A stretch of DNA of 64,000 bases, taken from NCBI GenBank assembly GCA_965209035.1, contig OZ242372.1, positions 960,001 through 1,024,000 on the forward strand, read 5' to 3'. This document shows positions 27,411-37,541 of this stretch, in pieces. The notes below the pieces were generated by a model. The model saw nothing but the letters and a program-made list of their open reading frames with translations, had not been told where the DNA came from and ran no database searches. The number at the start of each line of letters is the position of its first letter. Position 1 is the stretch's first letter. Made by a program: the position numbers and the translations under genes. Source of the stretch: Gammaproteobacteria bacterium. GTDB taxonomy: Bacteria; Pseudomonadota; Gammaproteobacteria; CBDBNL01; JAAOII01.

Positions 27411-29661
27411 GATAAGAAGCATGACAAAAACTACAAAAAAACGGATCGTCTATCGCCACACACTTGACCTGGCGGCGGAAACTCTGATTCGCCTCGGCGG
27501 TATTGGCGTCATCCTTGTCGTGATTTTGGTTTTCGTTTACTTGTTACGCCAGGTCATGCCTTTGTTTGGCACCCCCGAATTAAGTTTACAAGACAAACAC
27601 AGTATCCGGCAGGACAGCCAACAGCAACACGGCGAAGAGATTTTTCATCTTGCCCTGGAACGACAAAATCAAATCGTGGCGCAACTCGTTGAAAGCCCGG
27701 GTGCCGTCCGTCTCGTGTTTTATGATATCAGCCGCAAGTTGGAGCTGCCCCAACACCTCATATCCGCCGATAAAATTCAAACATTCGCCGCCGACTCTCC
27801 CCAAAGACGCACCCTGGCAATCAGTGTCAGTGCCAACAATGGCGAGGTGATTCTGTTACGCCACAATTACGAAGAAGATTTTTCCACCGCCACAAGATTA
27901 ATGGTCCCGCAGGTATCCTATCCGTTCGGCGCCGAGCCGATTGCCTTGTCTTCCTCGCGTCTGACACAGATCGCCTTGTTGAGCGACCAACGGCAGCTAA
28001 CGCTGATCGGCTATGATGCGGCCGGCGAACTGCACGGCAAGAGTCTGCTGCGTTCGGAAAACCTGATTACCGGCGAGATTGCGCGCGAAGAAAATGACCT
28101 CAAACTACCGCGCCTCGCCCGGCAACCGGACTTCATGCTTCTTTTTGAAAGCCAACTGTTTCTCCTTGCAGCTGGCCGAGACGGCGATGCCACCGTCATC
28201 CGCTTGGACGGCAGCCAACCCGCTCAAAACATCCGATTGACGGCGCCGGGCATCCGACTGACCGGCGTTTGGCGCATGCTCGGCGACTATTCCATACTCA
28301 CGGCGGATGCAACGGGGAGAGTCACACAGTGGTTTATGCGCACCGGCGAGGGACAACGCAAAGAACTCGCCAAAATCAGGCACTTTGATGTCGGCGAACC
28401 GGTTGCATCGATCCGGCCGGTCGAGAACAGTAAGAGTTTTTTGGTTCTAACCGAAAGCGGCCGGTTACTGTTTGTCAATGGTCCGGCCCAACGCATCAGT
28501 TTGGACGAAATCCTGGTGAACTCAGCGGCGGAACTCAAAGACCTTGCCGTTTCGCCGCGCGCCAACGGGTTAATCACAATCAACCGGCAAAGCGAATTAT
28601 CTTTTTACAACATCAACAATCCGCACGCCGAGATCTCGTTGCATCGCCTGGTAGGGAAAATTTGGTATGAAAATTACGAGGAACCCTCTTGGGCATGGCA
28701 GGCCTCCTCCGCCGCGGACGATTTTGAACCCAAGTACAGCGTCATCCCTCTGACTTTCGGCACCCTGAAAGCCGCCTTTTATGCGATGCTCTTCAGTGCG
28801 CCGCTGGGAATTGCGGCTGCCATCTATACTTCTTTTTTTATGGGCGCCGGATTGCGGCGCAAAGTGAAGCCCGTCATAGAGCTCATGGAAGCATTCCCGA
28901 CCGTGATTCTGGGCTTCATTGCCGGCCTGGTGCTTGCCCCCTATTTTGAAAAGCATCTGCCCGGCATTTTTACGCTGCTCATCCTGTTGCCGCCGGTTAC
29001 CATCGCTTTTGGTCTGCTATTTAGTTTGTTGCCGTTTCGCTACCGCAACGCCGTAGGCCCCGGCTGGATGAGTCTCTTCTTGATCCCGCTGTTCCTGCTG
29101 ACCGGATATCTTCTGATGCAACTAAGTCCCATAATGGAGTTGATTTTGTTTGACGGCGATCTGCGCGTCTGGTTATCACAGAACGGCATAGACTACAATC
29201 AACGCAACGCAATGGTAGTCGGCATCGCCATGGGGTTGGCGGTGATTCCTTCCATTTACTCTATCGCCGAGGATGCTCTGTTTTCGGTACCGAGCAATAT
29301 GGTTCAAGGAGCCTACGCACTCGGCGCCACGCCACTGCAAAATGTGCTGCGCATCGTCCTGCCCGCCGCACTCAGCGGTATTCTGTCGGCATTAATGATC
29401 GGCTTTGGCCGAGCCGTCGGCGAAACGATGATTGTGCTCATGGCAACCGGCAATACGCCGCTGATAGATATGAGTATCTTCACCGGTCTGCGCACCCTTG
29501 CCGCCAACATCGCGGTGGAGCTGCCCGAATCGCCGGTCGGCGGTTCGCATTTTAGAATTCTCTTCCTGTGTGGCTTGATTCTGTTTGTCTTCACTTTTAT
29601 CATCAATAGTCTGGCGGAAGTCATCCGACACAGAATTCGCAAAAAATATGCGAACATATGA
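27409..29661 (+). CDS. pstC: Phosphate ABC transporter permease PstC, long form with periplasmic domain
   Basis: WQ.SS..DDFEPKYS..PL.FGTLKAA, KP.IELMEAFPTVILGF, GRAVGETMIVLMATGNTP. Confidence 0.9.
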   Translation: MIRSMTKTTKKRIVYRHTLDLAAETLIRLGGIGVILVVILVFVYLLRQVMPLFGTPELSLQDKHSIRQDSQQQHGEEIFHLALERQNQIVAQLVESPGAVRLVFYDISRKLELPQHLISADKIQTFAADSPQRRTLAISVSANNGEVILLRHNYEEDFSTATRLMVPQVSYPFGAEPIALSSSRLTQIALLSDQRQLTLIGYDAAGELHGKSLLRSENLITGEIAREENDLKLPRLARQPDFMLLFESQLFLLAAGRDGDATVIRLDGSQPAQNIRLTAPGIRLTGVWRMLGDYSILTADATGRVTQWFMRTGEGQRKELAKIRHFDVGEPVASIRPVENSKSFLVLTESGRLLFVNGPAQRISLDEILVNSAAELKDLAVSPRANGLITINRQSELSFYNINNPHAEISLHRLVGKIWYENYEEPSWAWQASSAADDFEPKYSVIPLTFGTLKAAFYAMLFSAPLGIAAAIYTSFFMGAGLRRKVKPVIELMEAFPTVILGFIAGLVLAPYFEKHLPGIFTLLILLPPVTIAFGLLFSLLPFRYRNAVGPGWMSLFLIPLFLLTGYLLMQLSPIMELILFDGDLRVWLSQNGIDYNQRNAMVVGIAMGLAVIPSIYSIAEDALFSVPSNMVQGAYALGATPLQNVLRIVLPAALSGILSALMIGFGRAVGETMIVLMATGNTPLIDMSIFTGLRTLAANIAVELPESPVGGSHFRILFLCGLILFVFTFIINSLAEVIRHRIRKKYANI

Positions 29662-31358
29662 AGTCCGGTAATATGAAAAACAAGACCGGCTGGCGACATT
29701 TTTTCCGCAGCGGCGATTACGGCATATGGCTGTTCGCCGGAGCACTTGCCTGCTGTCTCATTCTTGTCGGCTCGGTGATGCTGCTCATTCTGACAAAAGG
29801 CTTCGCGCACTTTATGCCCGGACAGCTGCATTCTATGGAAGTGCGCTCGGGCGAAGAGTCCGTTTCTCTGGCGGGTGAAATTGTCAACAGCGAAACCATC
29901 ACAAGGGCGCAGCTGCTCGGCAGCGGTTATGAGCCACAGGAAATAGCGGATCTTTACGAACGCATCTTACTTAAGATCGGCAATCGCGAGTTCGGCGGCG
30001 GTGATTTTGTATGGGTTGTCCGGGACAGCATCACCCGGCAAACGATGCCCGAAGAACTCACCGCCATAGAACGCAGGGAATACGGTAACTTTTACGGTTA
30101 TCCTGTGGCGATGACCATTGGCGGCGCAGCACCCCGCAGATACGATTTGGCGGAAACCGAGCAGGCCGAATGGGCAAAAGCCTTGTCGCAAACTGTCCGT
30201 CGCGCGCGCAAACTCTTTGAGGAAGCACAAAAACTGGAAAAAAACGAACTGCGCGATCTGAACTATGGGATGGAAAAATTGCGATTAAAAGAAAGACGCC
30301 TCGTCTTGGAGAACCGGGCAACCGAAGCCGCCATAGCAACGATTAACCAAAGGCGCGAAAAATTCGCAAAAGAATATGAGATCCTGGCGACGCAACTGGG
30401 CAAGATTAATCGGCAACTGCAAAGAGACACTCTGATCATGCGCACCGCCGCCGGCACGCAAACGGATATCCCGTTTGCACGCATCGTGCGTTTGTATCAA
30501 ACCAACAAACTGGGTCTTGCCGGCAGACTGCGTATTTATGGTATGCGTTTGGCGGAGTTCGTCGGCGGCGAGCCGCGCGAAAGCAACACCGAAGGAGGCA
30601 TCTTTCCCGCAATTTTTGGAACTGTGATCATGGTTTTTTTAATGACCCTCTTCGTTTTGCCGCTGGGTGTGATCGCATCCGTTTACCTGTATCTTTACGC
30701 CAGACAAAATCGGTTGACGCGCTTCGTGCGTATTGCCGTTAACAATCTTGCCGGTGTTCCTTCCATCGTTTACGGAATGTTTGGGCTGGGCTTCTTTGTT
30801 TATACCCTTGGCGGCAGCATAGACCGGGTATTTTATCCCGAAGCCCTGCCGGCGCCCACCTTCGGCAGCGGCGGTATTCTTTGGGCGTCTCTCACGCTTG
30901 CCCTGCTCACCCTGCCGGTGGTCATAGTTGCCACCGAAGAGGGGCTCGTGCGCGTTCCGCGCAATCTAACCGAAGGGAGCATGGCCCTGGGCGCCACCCG
31001 GCTGGAAACACTGCTCAAGATTTCCATCCCGATTGCCAGCCCGGCCATCATGACGGGAATGATTCTCGCCATTGCCCGGGCGACCGGTGAGGTCGCGCCG
31101 CTGATGCTGGTGGGCGCGGTCAAGTTGGCACCCGCTCTGCCCTTGGACGGCAACTTCCCGTTCATTCATCCGGAAAGAAAATTCATGCATCTCGGATTTC
31201 ATATTTTTGATGTGGGATTTCAAAGCCCGAACATAGAAGCGGCGCGGCCGCTGGTGTACTCCACCGCCGCGCTTCTTATCATGATCATTATTGTTCTCAA
31301 CGCCACGGCGGTTTACCTGCGTAACCGACTGCGCGAGAAGTTTAAAAATTTAAATTAA
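29658..31358 (+). CDS. pstA: Phosphate ABC transporter permease PstA, long form
   Basis: PRESNTEGGIFPAIFGT, NLAGVPSIVYG, ARATGEVAPL; ATGA overlap with pstC. Confidence 0.93.
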   Translation: MKSGNMKNKTGWRHFFRSGDYGIWLFAGALACCLILVGSVMLLILTKGFAHFMPGQLHSMEVRSGEESVSLAGEIVNSETITRAQLLGSGYEPQEIADLYERILLKIGNREFGGGDFVWVVRDSITRQTMPEELTAIERREYGNFYGYPVAMTIGGAAPRRYDLAETEQAEWAKALSQTVRRARKLFEEAQKLEKNELRDLNYGMEKLRLKERRLVLENRATEAAIATINQRREKFAKEYEILATQLGKINRQLQRDTLIMRTAAGTQTDIPFARIVRLYQTNKLGLAGRLRIYGMRLAEFVGGEPRESNTEGGIFPAIFGTVIMVFLMTLFVLPLGVIASVYLYLYARQNRLTRFVRIAVNNLAGVPSIVYGMFGLGFFVYTLGGSIDRVFYPEALPAPTFGSGGILWASLTLALLTLPVVIVATEEGLVRVPRNLTEGSMALGATRLETLLKISIPIASPAIMTGMILAIARATGEVAPLMLVGAVKLAPALPLDGNFPFIHPERKFMHLGFHIFDVGFQSPNIEAARPLVYSTAALLIMIIIVLNATAVYLRNRLREKFKNLN

Positions 31359-31404
31359 AAGAGGGTAAACCCGAAAAAACAATAAGCAATTAAATAATTA
31401 ACGA

Positions 31405-32187
31405 ATGCCGACAGATCCACAAACAAACGAACATACCCCCGTTATCAGAGTGCAGGGAGTGCATGTTTACTACGGCGAAGCCTGCGCCTTAAAAAATATC
31501 TCCATGGACATCGGCGAAAAGAGAGTCACCGCCTTCATAGGGCCGTCCGGTTGCGGCAAGTCCACTCTGTTACGATGCTTCAACCGAATGAATGACATGA
31601 TCCCCGACTTTCGCGTGGAAGGGACTATTTTACTCAACGAAGACAACATCTATGATCGGGAAACGAACCCCGCCGAGCTGCGCCGCAAGGTGGGCATGGT
31701 ATTCCAGAAACCCAACCCCTTTCCGAAGAGTGTTTACGAAAATGTCGCCTTCGGTCTGCGGATTGGCGGAATGAAAAATAAGAAAAAGATCGCCGAGATC
31801 GTCGAGAAATCCTTGCGCGAATCGGCTCTTTGGGATGAAGTCAAAGACCGGCTCAACGAAAATGCCTTGTCCCTGTCCGGCGGGCAGCAACAGCGTTTGG
31901 TGATCGCCCGGGCAATTGCGGTGCAACCGGAAGTCTTACTGTTGGACGAGCCGGCATCCGCCTTGGATCCCATATCCACGCTAAAAATAGAAGAACTGAT
32001 ACAGCAATTGAAAAAGGACTATACCATCGTCATCGTCACACACAATATGCAGCAGGCGGCACGCATTTCCGATGACGCCGCGTTTATGTATATCGGCGAA
32101 TTAATTGAGTTCGATTCCACAAGAACTATTTTCACCAAACCGAAAAAGACCATGACAGAAGACTACATCACGGGGCGTTACGGCTAA
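31405..32187 (+). CDS. pstB: Phosphate ABC transporter ATP-binding protein
   Basis: [39 protein letters not shown]. Confidence 0.97.
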   Translation: MPTDPQTNEHTPVIRVQGVHVYYGEACALKNISMDIGEKRVTAFIGPSGCGKSTLLRCFNRMNDMIPDFRVEGTILLNEDNIYDRETNPAELRRKVGMVFQKPNPFPKSVYENVAFGLRIGGMKNKKKIAEIVEKSLRESALWDEVKDRLNENALSLSGGQQQRLVIARAIAVQPEVLLLDEPASALDPISTLKIEELIQQLKKDYTIVIVTHNMQQAARISDDAAFMYIGELIEFDSTRTIFTKPKKTMTEDYITGRYG

Positions 32188-32206
32188 TTTAAGATAAAAT
32201 AAAACA

Positions 32207-32947
32207 ATGAACTCACATCAACATATATCCGCCAAGTTTGAAAAAGAACTGGCGGGATTGCGAAACGACATCCTCAAGATGGGTCAGTTTCTGGTAAAAC
32301 AATTGGAAGAAGTCGCCCTGTCCATTGACAAAAAGAAGCCGCGCAAAAATAAGATTATCTCCAAGCACGAACAAAAAATTAACGAACTGGAAGTTTCTCT
32401 GGATACCAAGTGCGTTAATCTGCTCGCCTTGCACAGCCCCACCGCCTCGGATCTGCGCTTTATCATCGGCATCAGTCGTATGGTGAACGATATGGAAAGC
32501 ATGGGCGACGAAATTACCAAGACATCTTTTACATTACAAAAGATGCTGGAACAAAACGAAGCGAACAAAGATTATCATCTGTATGCGGATCTTAAGAATA
32601 TCGCCGATGAACTCGTGCAGCTGCTGCTGGATACCCTGCATGCCTATGAAGAAGAGAGCACCGAAGCGGCGGCAAAATTGATCATCAAAGAGCGGAAGAT
32701 GGATGTCCTGTATCAAAATGCAACTCGTGCCAGAATTACCTGGATTATGGAAGACCCGGGAACTGTCAAGATTGTCGTCCATGTTTTTTGGATGCTGCGC
32801 TCCATGGAACGCATCGGCAAATGTATTCGTCAAGTCAACAATCACCACATTTTTGTTCAAAAAGGAACGGATACGCGCCATATGAGCAGCGAGAAAGTCA
32901 AAGACAAGTTCATCAAACGCAAAAAATCTGTCCGCCAAAAGTCCTAA
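32207..32947 (+). CDS. phoU: Phosphate signalling protein PhoU
   Basis: HIS..F..EL, P.ASDLR, RSMERIG; follows pstB. Confidence 0.9.
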   Translation: MNSHQHISAKFEKELAGLRNDILKMGQFLVKQLEEVALSIDKKKPRKNKIISKHEQKINELEVSLDTKCVNLLALHSPTASDLRFIIGISRMVNDMESMGDEITKTSFTLQKMLEQNEANKDYHLYADLKNIADELVQLLLDTLHAYEEESTEAAAKLIIKERKMDVLYQNATRARITWIMEDPGTVKIVVHVFWMLRSMERIGKCIRQVNNHHIFVQKGTDTRHMSSEKVKDKFIKRKKSVRQKS

Positions 32948-32955
32948 GGGTCTCT

Positions 32956-33100
32956 ATAAAGGCTTGGGGTAAGACCCGGAATAAAGACCGGGGATAAGGG
33001 TTCGGGATACAAACCCGGGATAAAAGACCAAGGATAAAGGTTTGGGATACAAACCCGGGATACAAACCGAGAATAAAGGTTTGGGATACAAACCCGGAAA
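32956..33100. repeat. Four ~38-40 bp degenerate tandem units with a hairpin core GGTTTGGGATACAAACC, between convergent phoU and fadE
   Basis: ataaaggtttgggatacaaacccgg-like unit repeated four times. Confidence 0.85.
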
Positions 33101-33177
33101 AACAAAAATAACTCCCCGGCAAAAGTTGGGGAAGTAGAATGACGAATGACGAATTAGAATACGGCTTTTATTTCCTT

Positions 33178-35736
33178 CTACTTTAATGCAGCAAAGTCGT
33201 CCACTTTAAGAATATTCTCGGCCGCCGTCTCGGCGTCCGTCCACAACTTGCGTTCGGCCGCGGTAATTGTCTTATCCTTAACCAGCCGAGCCAAATACTC
33301 ACCGCGTGCAAGAAACGGCGGTTGCCTCATCCCCGATTTGCGGACACGACGCAGCACAGGTTGCAGTTGCTTCGCCAAAACATAGGCTCGGCGCAATTCC
33401 GGCAAAGGTGAACATACTCCCTCGGAAAATTCGGGAATAGTTTCTTCCGGACCCGTCAAAAGTTTGGATTTCGGGTCCTTCAAAGAAGCGGCGATCGCCA
33501 AAATCTCCTTGTCCTTGGGTGCGGCATGTCCGCCAAACGGCCGGAAAATGAAATGCATACAGGCACCGCCGAAAAATAAATTGCCGGCAATTCCCGCCAG
33601 AGATGCGTGCGCCGCGCGCGTCATTCGCTTTTGGAGAACCAAAAGTAAGGGTAATTGCTCCGCGGGCATCCCGTCGTTTTGAAACTTACGCAGAGCCGCG
33701 GTCGCGACAAACATCGCACACCAGGCATCGGCAAACCGACCGGACAAACTCTCTTTTCTTTTAATACCGCCGCCAAACCGGAGCAAAGCCACTTCCGCCA
33801 AAACAGCGAACAGGGCACTCAAAACGGAAAGTCTTCTGTGGAAGACACCGAGTTTGCCGGCGGCTCCGCTGTTAAAGTTAAGATTAAGGTTAAGATTGGA
33901 ATTGGCATGCGGGTTCGGATTGAAAAAGGGCAGCCAGCCACCGCTCCAACAGGCCGCCAAACACCGGCCCACCATGCCAAACACATAGGCCGTGTGGCGA
34001 AAAAATAACTCGGCGAAAGCCCGCTCATCCTTGTTTGCCAGGGCTCTTGCCTCATCATACAAAAACGGATGGCAACGCATCACCCCCTGACCGAAAATGA
34101 TCATACACCTGGTGAGAATGTTCGCGCCTTCCACCGTAATACCGATCGGCGTGCTGCGATACGATTCTTCAAGGTAGTTACGCCCGCCCGACATAATCGC
34201 CTTGCCGCCGTGCAGATCCATTGCCAGGTTGACCGATTCCCTTCCCATTTCCGTGGAATAATATTTAATGAGTGCCGATGCCAAAGCCGGCTTTTGCCGG
34301 GCATCTATCATGTCGGTTACGGCATCGCGCATGGCCGCCGTGGCGGCCGAGTTCACCGCCAGATGCGTCAACTTCTCCGCCACCCCCTCAAACTCCGCCA
34401 AAGGAATTCCAAACTGACGCCGAACATTCGTATAAAAAGCGGTTGTCAAAAAACTCATCCCCGCGGAAGCGCGCGAAAGCGAAGGCAAGGAAATCCCTCG
34501 CCCAGCGGCAAGACATTCCATCAGCATTCCCCAGCCCTTACTCACGCCCTTTGCGCCGCCAATCACATCTTCCAACGGGACAAAAACATCCTTGCCCCAA
34601 ATGGGACCGTTATGAAAGAACACTCCCATCGGATCGTGCCGCCGCCCGATATTCAACCCCGCGGTTTTATGTGACAACAGCGCGCAGGTAATTCCAAGAT
34701 AACCGCCCTCTCTTTCTTCCGCTCCCGGCATCGCCGCGCCGTCATCTTCATCGCCTCTGCCGTCACCGCCGTCACTTCCTCTTTTTCCCGATTTCGGCAA
34801 CAGACGATCCGGGTCATAGGCCTTAAATGCCACGCCGACCAAAGTGGCGATGGGCGCCAAACTAATGTAACGCTTGTTTAATGTCAGGCGAAATCCCAAT
34901 ACCGATTTTCCGCCGATGGTCTTCTTACACAGAATTCCGTAATCTTCCATCGCACCCGCATCCGAGCCACCGGGCAGGGATGTGAGAGCGAAACAAGGAA
35001 CTTCCTCTCCCTGTGCCAACTTGGCGAGATATTTCTTCTTTTGTGCCGCCGTCCCGTATCTCAGCAGCAGTTCGCCGGGACCCAACGAATTTGGCACCAT
35101 CACCATAATCGCCAAGGCGGCCGAACAACTTGCCAGTTTGGTAATCACCGCCGCCTGAGCTCCTGCGGAAAACCCGAGGCCGCCCGCGGACTTGGGGATA
35201 ATCATCCCCCAGAACTTGTGCTTTTTAATATAGGCAAACGCCGCCGGTGGCAACCCCTTATGCTTTTCTATCGTCTCACGCGAACAAAGTGCGCACAAGG
35301 CTTCGGTTTCATTGACAAGAAATTTTTTCTCCGCCGCGGTCAAATTGCGATGCGGCATACCCAAGGCCGTTTCCATCGCGCTCGCATAGTCTCCCCGAAA
35401 CAGAAACTTTTCCCAGGACAGATCTCCGGCGGCGATGGCTTCCTCTTCGGTTGCGCTGATTTTGGGGACGCTCTTTTGCATGCCGGCAAAAACCCAACCG
35501 GCAAGTTTCTTACGCAACGGCCGCACATGATTGAGCAACAGAAACATCGCAAGAAAGAAGCCGCCGACAACACACGCCACCCAGGCTCCGAACGCAATCG
35601 CCGCCAAAAGGCTGACCGCAAAAATCCCCGCGGTCCCTATCTCCATTCGGATCAGATCTTCGCGGCTACGCGCCCAAGCGATCGCCAGAGCAAAGATGAC
35701 GAGTAAAGTCCAAAGAATCTGTACCAAGATTGTCAT
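33178..35736 (-). CDS. fadE: Acyl-CoA dehydrogenase FadE
   Basis: N-terminal TM segments, VPNSLGPGELL, CFALT...GSDAG, KRYISLAPIAT, ITVEGANILTR, KRKESLSGR.AD, VDDF end. Confidence 0.93.
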   Translation of the reverse strand: MTILVQILWTLLVIFALAIAWARSREDLIRMEIGTAGIFAVSLLAAIAFGAWVACVVGGFFLAMFLLLNHVRPLRKKLAGWVFAGMQKSVPKISATEEEAIAAGDLSWEKFLFRGDYASAMETALGMPHRNLTAAEKKFLVNETEALCALCSRETIEKHKGLPPAAFAYIKKHKFWGMIIPKSAGGLGFSAGAQAAVITKLASCSAALAIMVMVPNSLGPGELLLRYGTAAQKKKYLAKLAQGEEVPCFALTSLPGGSDAGAMEDYGILCKKTIGGKSVLGFRLTLNKRYISLAPIATLVGVAFKAYDPDRLLPKSGKRGSDGGDGRGDEDDGAAMPGAEEREGGYLGITCALLSHKTAGLNIGRRHDPMGVFFHNGPIWGKDVFVPLEDVIGGAKGVSKGWGMLMECLAAGRGISLPSLSRASAGMSFLTTAFYTNVRRQFGIPLAEFEGVAEKLTHLAVNSAATAAMRDAVTDMIDARQKPALASALIKYYSTEMGRESVNLAMDLHGGKAIMSGGRNYLEESYRSTPIGITVEGANILTRCMIIFGQGVMRCHPFLYDEARALANKDERAFAELFFRHTAYVFGMVGRCLAACWSGGWLPFFNPNPHANSNLNLNLNFNSGAAGKLGVFHRRLSVLSALFAVLAEVALLRFGGGIKRKESLSGRFADAWCAMFVATAALRKFQNDGMPAEQLPLLLVLQKRMTRAAHASLAGIAGNLFFGGACMHFIFRPFGGHAAPKDKEILAIAASLKDPKSKLLTGPEETIPEFSEGVCSPLPELRRAYVLAKQLQPVLRRVRKSGMRQPPFLARGEYLARLVKDKTITAAERKLWTDAETAAENILKVDDFAALK

Positions 35737-35837
35737 AACTTCATTATATCAAACAAGTCGTTTCCCTGAGGTGTGTCTCATTCCGCCACAGACAGAAAAC
35801 AAACATAACTCCCGCCTCCGCTTCCGCTTCCAAATCC

Positions 35838-36015
35838 CCGCCACAGATCCGGATGAATTGCCACCACAGATCCGAGCGAATTGCCGTCACAGATGCAAGG
35901 CGAATTGCCACCATAGATACAAGGCGAATTGCCACCATAGATCCGGATGAATTGCCGCCATAGATGCAAGGCGAATTGCCGCCATAGATGCAAGGCGAAT
36001 TGCCGCCACAGATGC
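35838..36015. repeat. Tandem array of 23-24 bp units, core GAATTGCCRYCAYAGAT
   Basis: Cores start at 35855, 35878, 35902, 35926, 35949, 35973, 35997, plus a partial copy at 35838. Confidence 0.92.
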
Positions 36016-36139
36016 GCGGATTGAGGTTAGTTGTTAAGAAAGCGGCAGGATGGTCCGCCGGCCGGGCCGGGCGGGACATGCCTTAATGTCGGCAGGCTGT
36101 CCGCCGCGCCAAAATGCCGGATGGCAGGATCCCAATTAA

Positions 36140-36282
36140 TGAAAGTTGCCGCATCCGTCACCGACTCAATCAACGACCGCGCAAGCGGCTCGGATTTAGA
36201 ACACCCGCCGAGGTCTTCTCAGAAGCGACCGGAGTGGATTATAATTTAGCAACCCGTGTTGCACCGGAAGGTTGAATTCGCC
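36140..36282 (+). mobile_element. IS30-family remnant (transposase C-terminus and right end)
   Basis: Frame from 36150 reads RIRHRLNQRPRKRLGFRTPAEVF..VAPEG*, the IS30 LNxRPRKxLGxxTPxEVF motif, and ends gttgcaccggaaggttgaattcgcc like IS30 right inverted repeats. Confidence 0.8.
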
Positions 36283-36348
36283 TAGAATATGTTCTTTGTT
36301 TTTTCTGCGGCGCAAAACCGAAAACAGGATCCGCAAAAGACTGTCAAC

Positions 36349-37281
36349 TCACGGTTTAGCGGGGCCCGCATGGCCAATCCCTGCATAGCCAATCGATGCC
36401 CGCCGATTAACAAACACCGTGACAACAATCAACACGGCAAACAGGATGCCAACGAGATCCGATCTCTCGCGCAGCAGGATGGCGGACGCGCCGAGTGTCA
36501 TGAAAGGTTGCAGTAACTGGACCTGACTAATGCGGGCAATACCTCCCATCGCGAGAGCCCGATACCAAAAGAAAAACCCAAAAAACTGACTGACAAGAGC
36601 AAGATACAAGAAAGCAGCCCACACACCGCCACTCAACGCAAACGGCTCTGCCGGGCGAAAGATCCAACTTAGCGGAATATTGATCGGCAAAGCAACAATG
36701 ACAAGCCAACAGGTGACACGCACCCCGCCAAGTTGCTTTGTCAATTGTGCGCCAAGCCCGTAGCCGATGCCGGCGGCTATAACCGCAACAACAAGCATCA
36801 GGTCTCCCAAATGCAATACAAATTTTTCTTCGCTGCGAATCAGGGCATAAAGAATGACCAAGAGCGCGCCGAGAACGGCCGTCACCCAAAAGAGCGCGGA
36901 AGGTCTCTCCCGGGCAACAACCAGGCCGCATATGGAAGTTACCAAAGGCAAGATTCCCAGCAAGATGCCGCCGTGCGAAGCCGGAACCGTAATCATGCCC
37001 CAGGCCACCAGTACGGGAAAAGTAAAAGCCACGCCAAGAGAGGCAACAAACAGCCGGTAAAATTGCCGCGCACTCGGCAGTTTTCCGCCCATGCACAACA
37101 GAAATACGACGGCAAGCCCGGCCGCCAACACGACGCGACCGCTGCCGATAAAGATCGGATGCATTTCCGCAACGGCATAACGACTGGCGGGCAGTGTCAA
37201 ACTAAAGCCGGCCGTGGCAATCAAACCCGAAAGCAGTCCGATGCCGAATCTGATGTTGAGATTTTGAAATTTTTTTAGCAT
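36349..37281 (-). CDS. DMT/EamA family transporter
   Basis: About 10 TM helices, FSLTLPA.R, WYRALA.GGIAR.SQ.QLLQPF. Confidence 0.9.
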   Translation of the reverse strand: MLKKFQNLNIRFGIGLLSGLIATAGFSLTLPASRYAVAEMHPIFIGSGRVVLAAGLAVVFLLCMGGKLPSARQFYRLFVASLGVAFTFPVLVAWGMITVPASHGGILLGILPLVTSICGLVVARERPSALFWVTAVLGALLVILYALIRSEEKFVLHLGDLMLVVAVIAAGIGYGLGAQLTKQLGGVRVTCWLVIVALPINIPLSWIFRPAEPFALSGGVWAAFLYLALVSQFFGFFFWYRALAMGGIARISQVQLLQPFMTLGASAILLRERSDLVGILFAVLIVVTVFVNRRASIGYAGIGHAGPAKP

Positions 37282-37376
37282 TGTTATTGTTTTGAAATTA
37301 TTTCAACATCGTTTTGACATCGTTTTGATGCAAGCACATCTTAATCCGCAACAAAGTAAAATCAACCCAACCGTCC

Positions 37377-37446
37377 GATCCCACCCATTTCCGGACTTTT
37401 GTTGTTTTTGCAAGAATTGAATTGACGAGAGTTGTTGGTGAACATA
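37377..37446. repeat. Left 70-bp direct repeat flanking the R-M cassette
   Basis: Matches 39548-39617 with 5 mismatches. Confidence 0.9.
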
Positions 37447-37541
37447 GTGCGGGCTTGCGCAGTGCGGGCTTTCGCAATGATACCAAACCGGTCAGTCAAC
37501 AAATTCGTTTAAAACGCTCATAGTGTGCGTTCGGTTGTCAT

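Noticed and set aside
32956-33100. CRISPR array
   Set aside because: Spacers are ~13-15 bp and similar to each other, the repeats are degenerate, and there are no cas genes
35838-36015. CRISPR array
   Set aside because: Inter-core segments are only 6-7 bp and themselves repeated; no cas genes
35744-36079. 111-aa ORF with GGNSPCIY repeats
   Set aside because: Translation of the 23/24-bp DNA repeat, whose mixed periods do not keep frame
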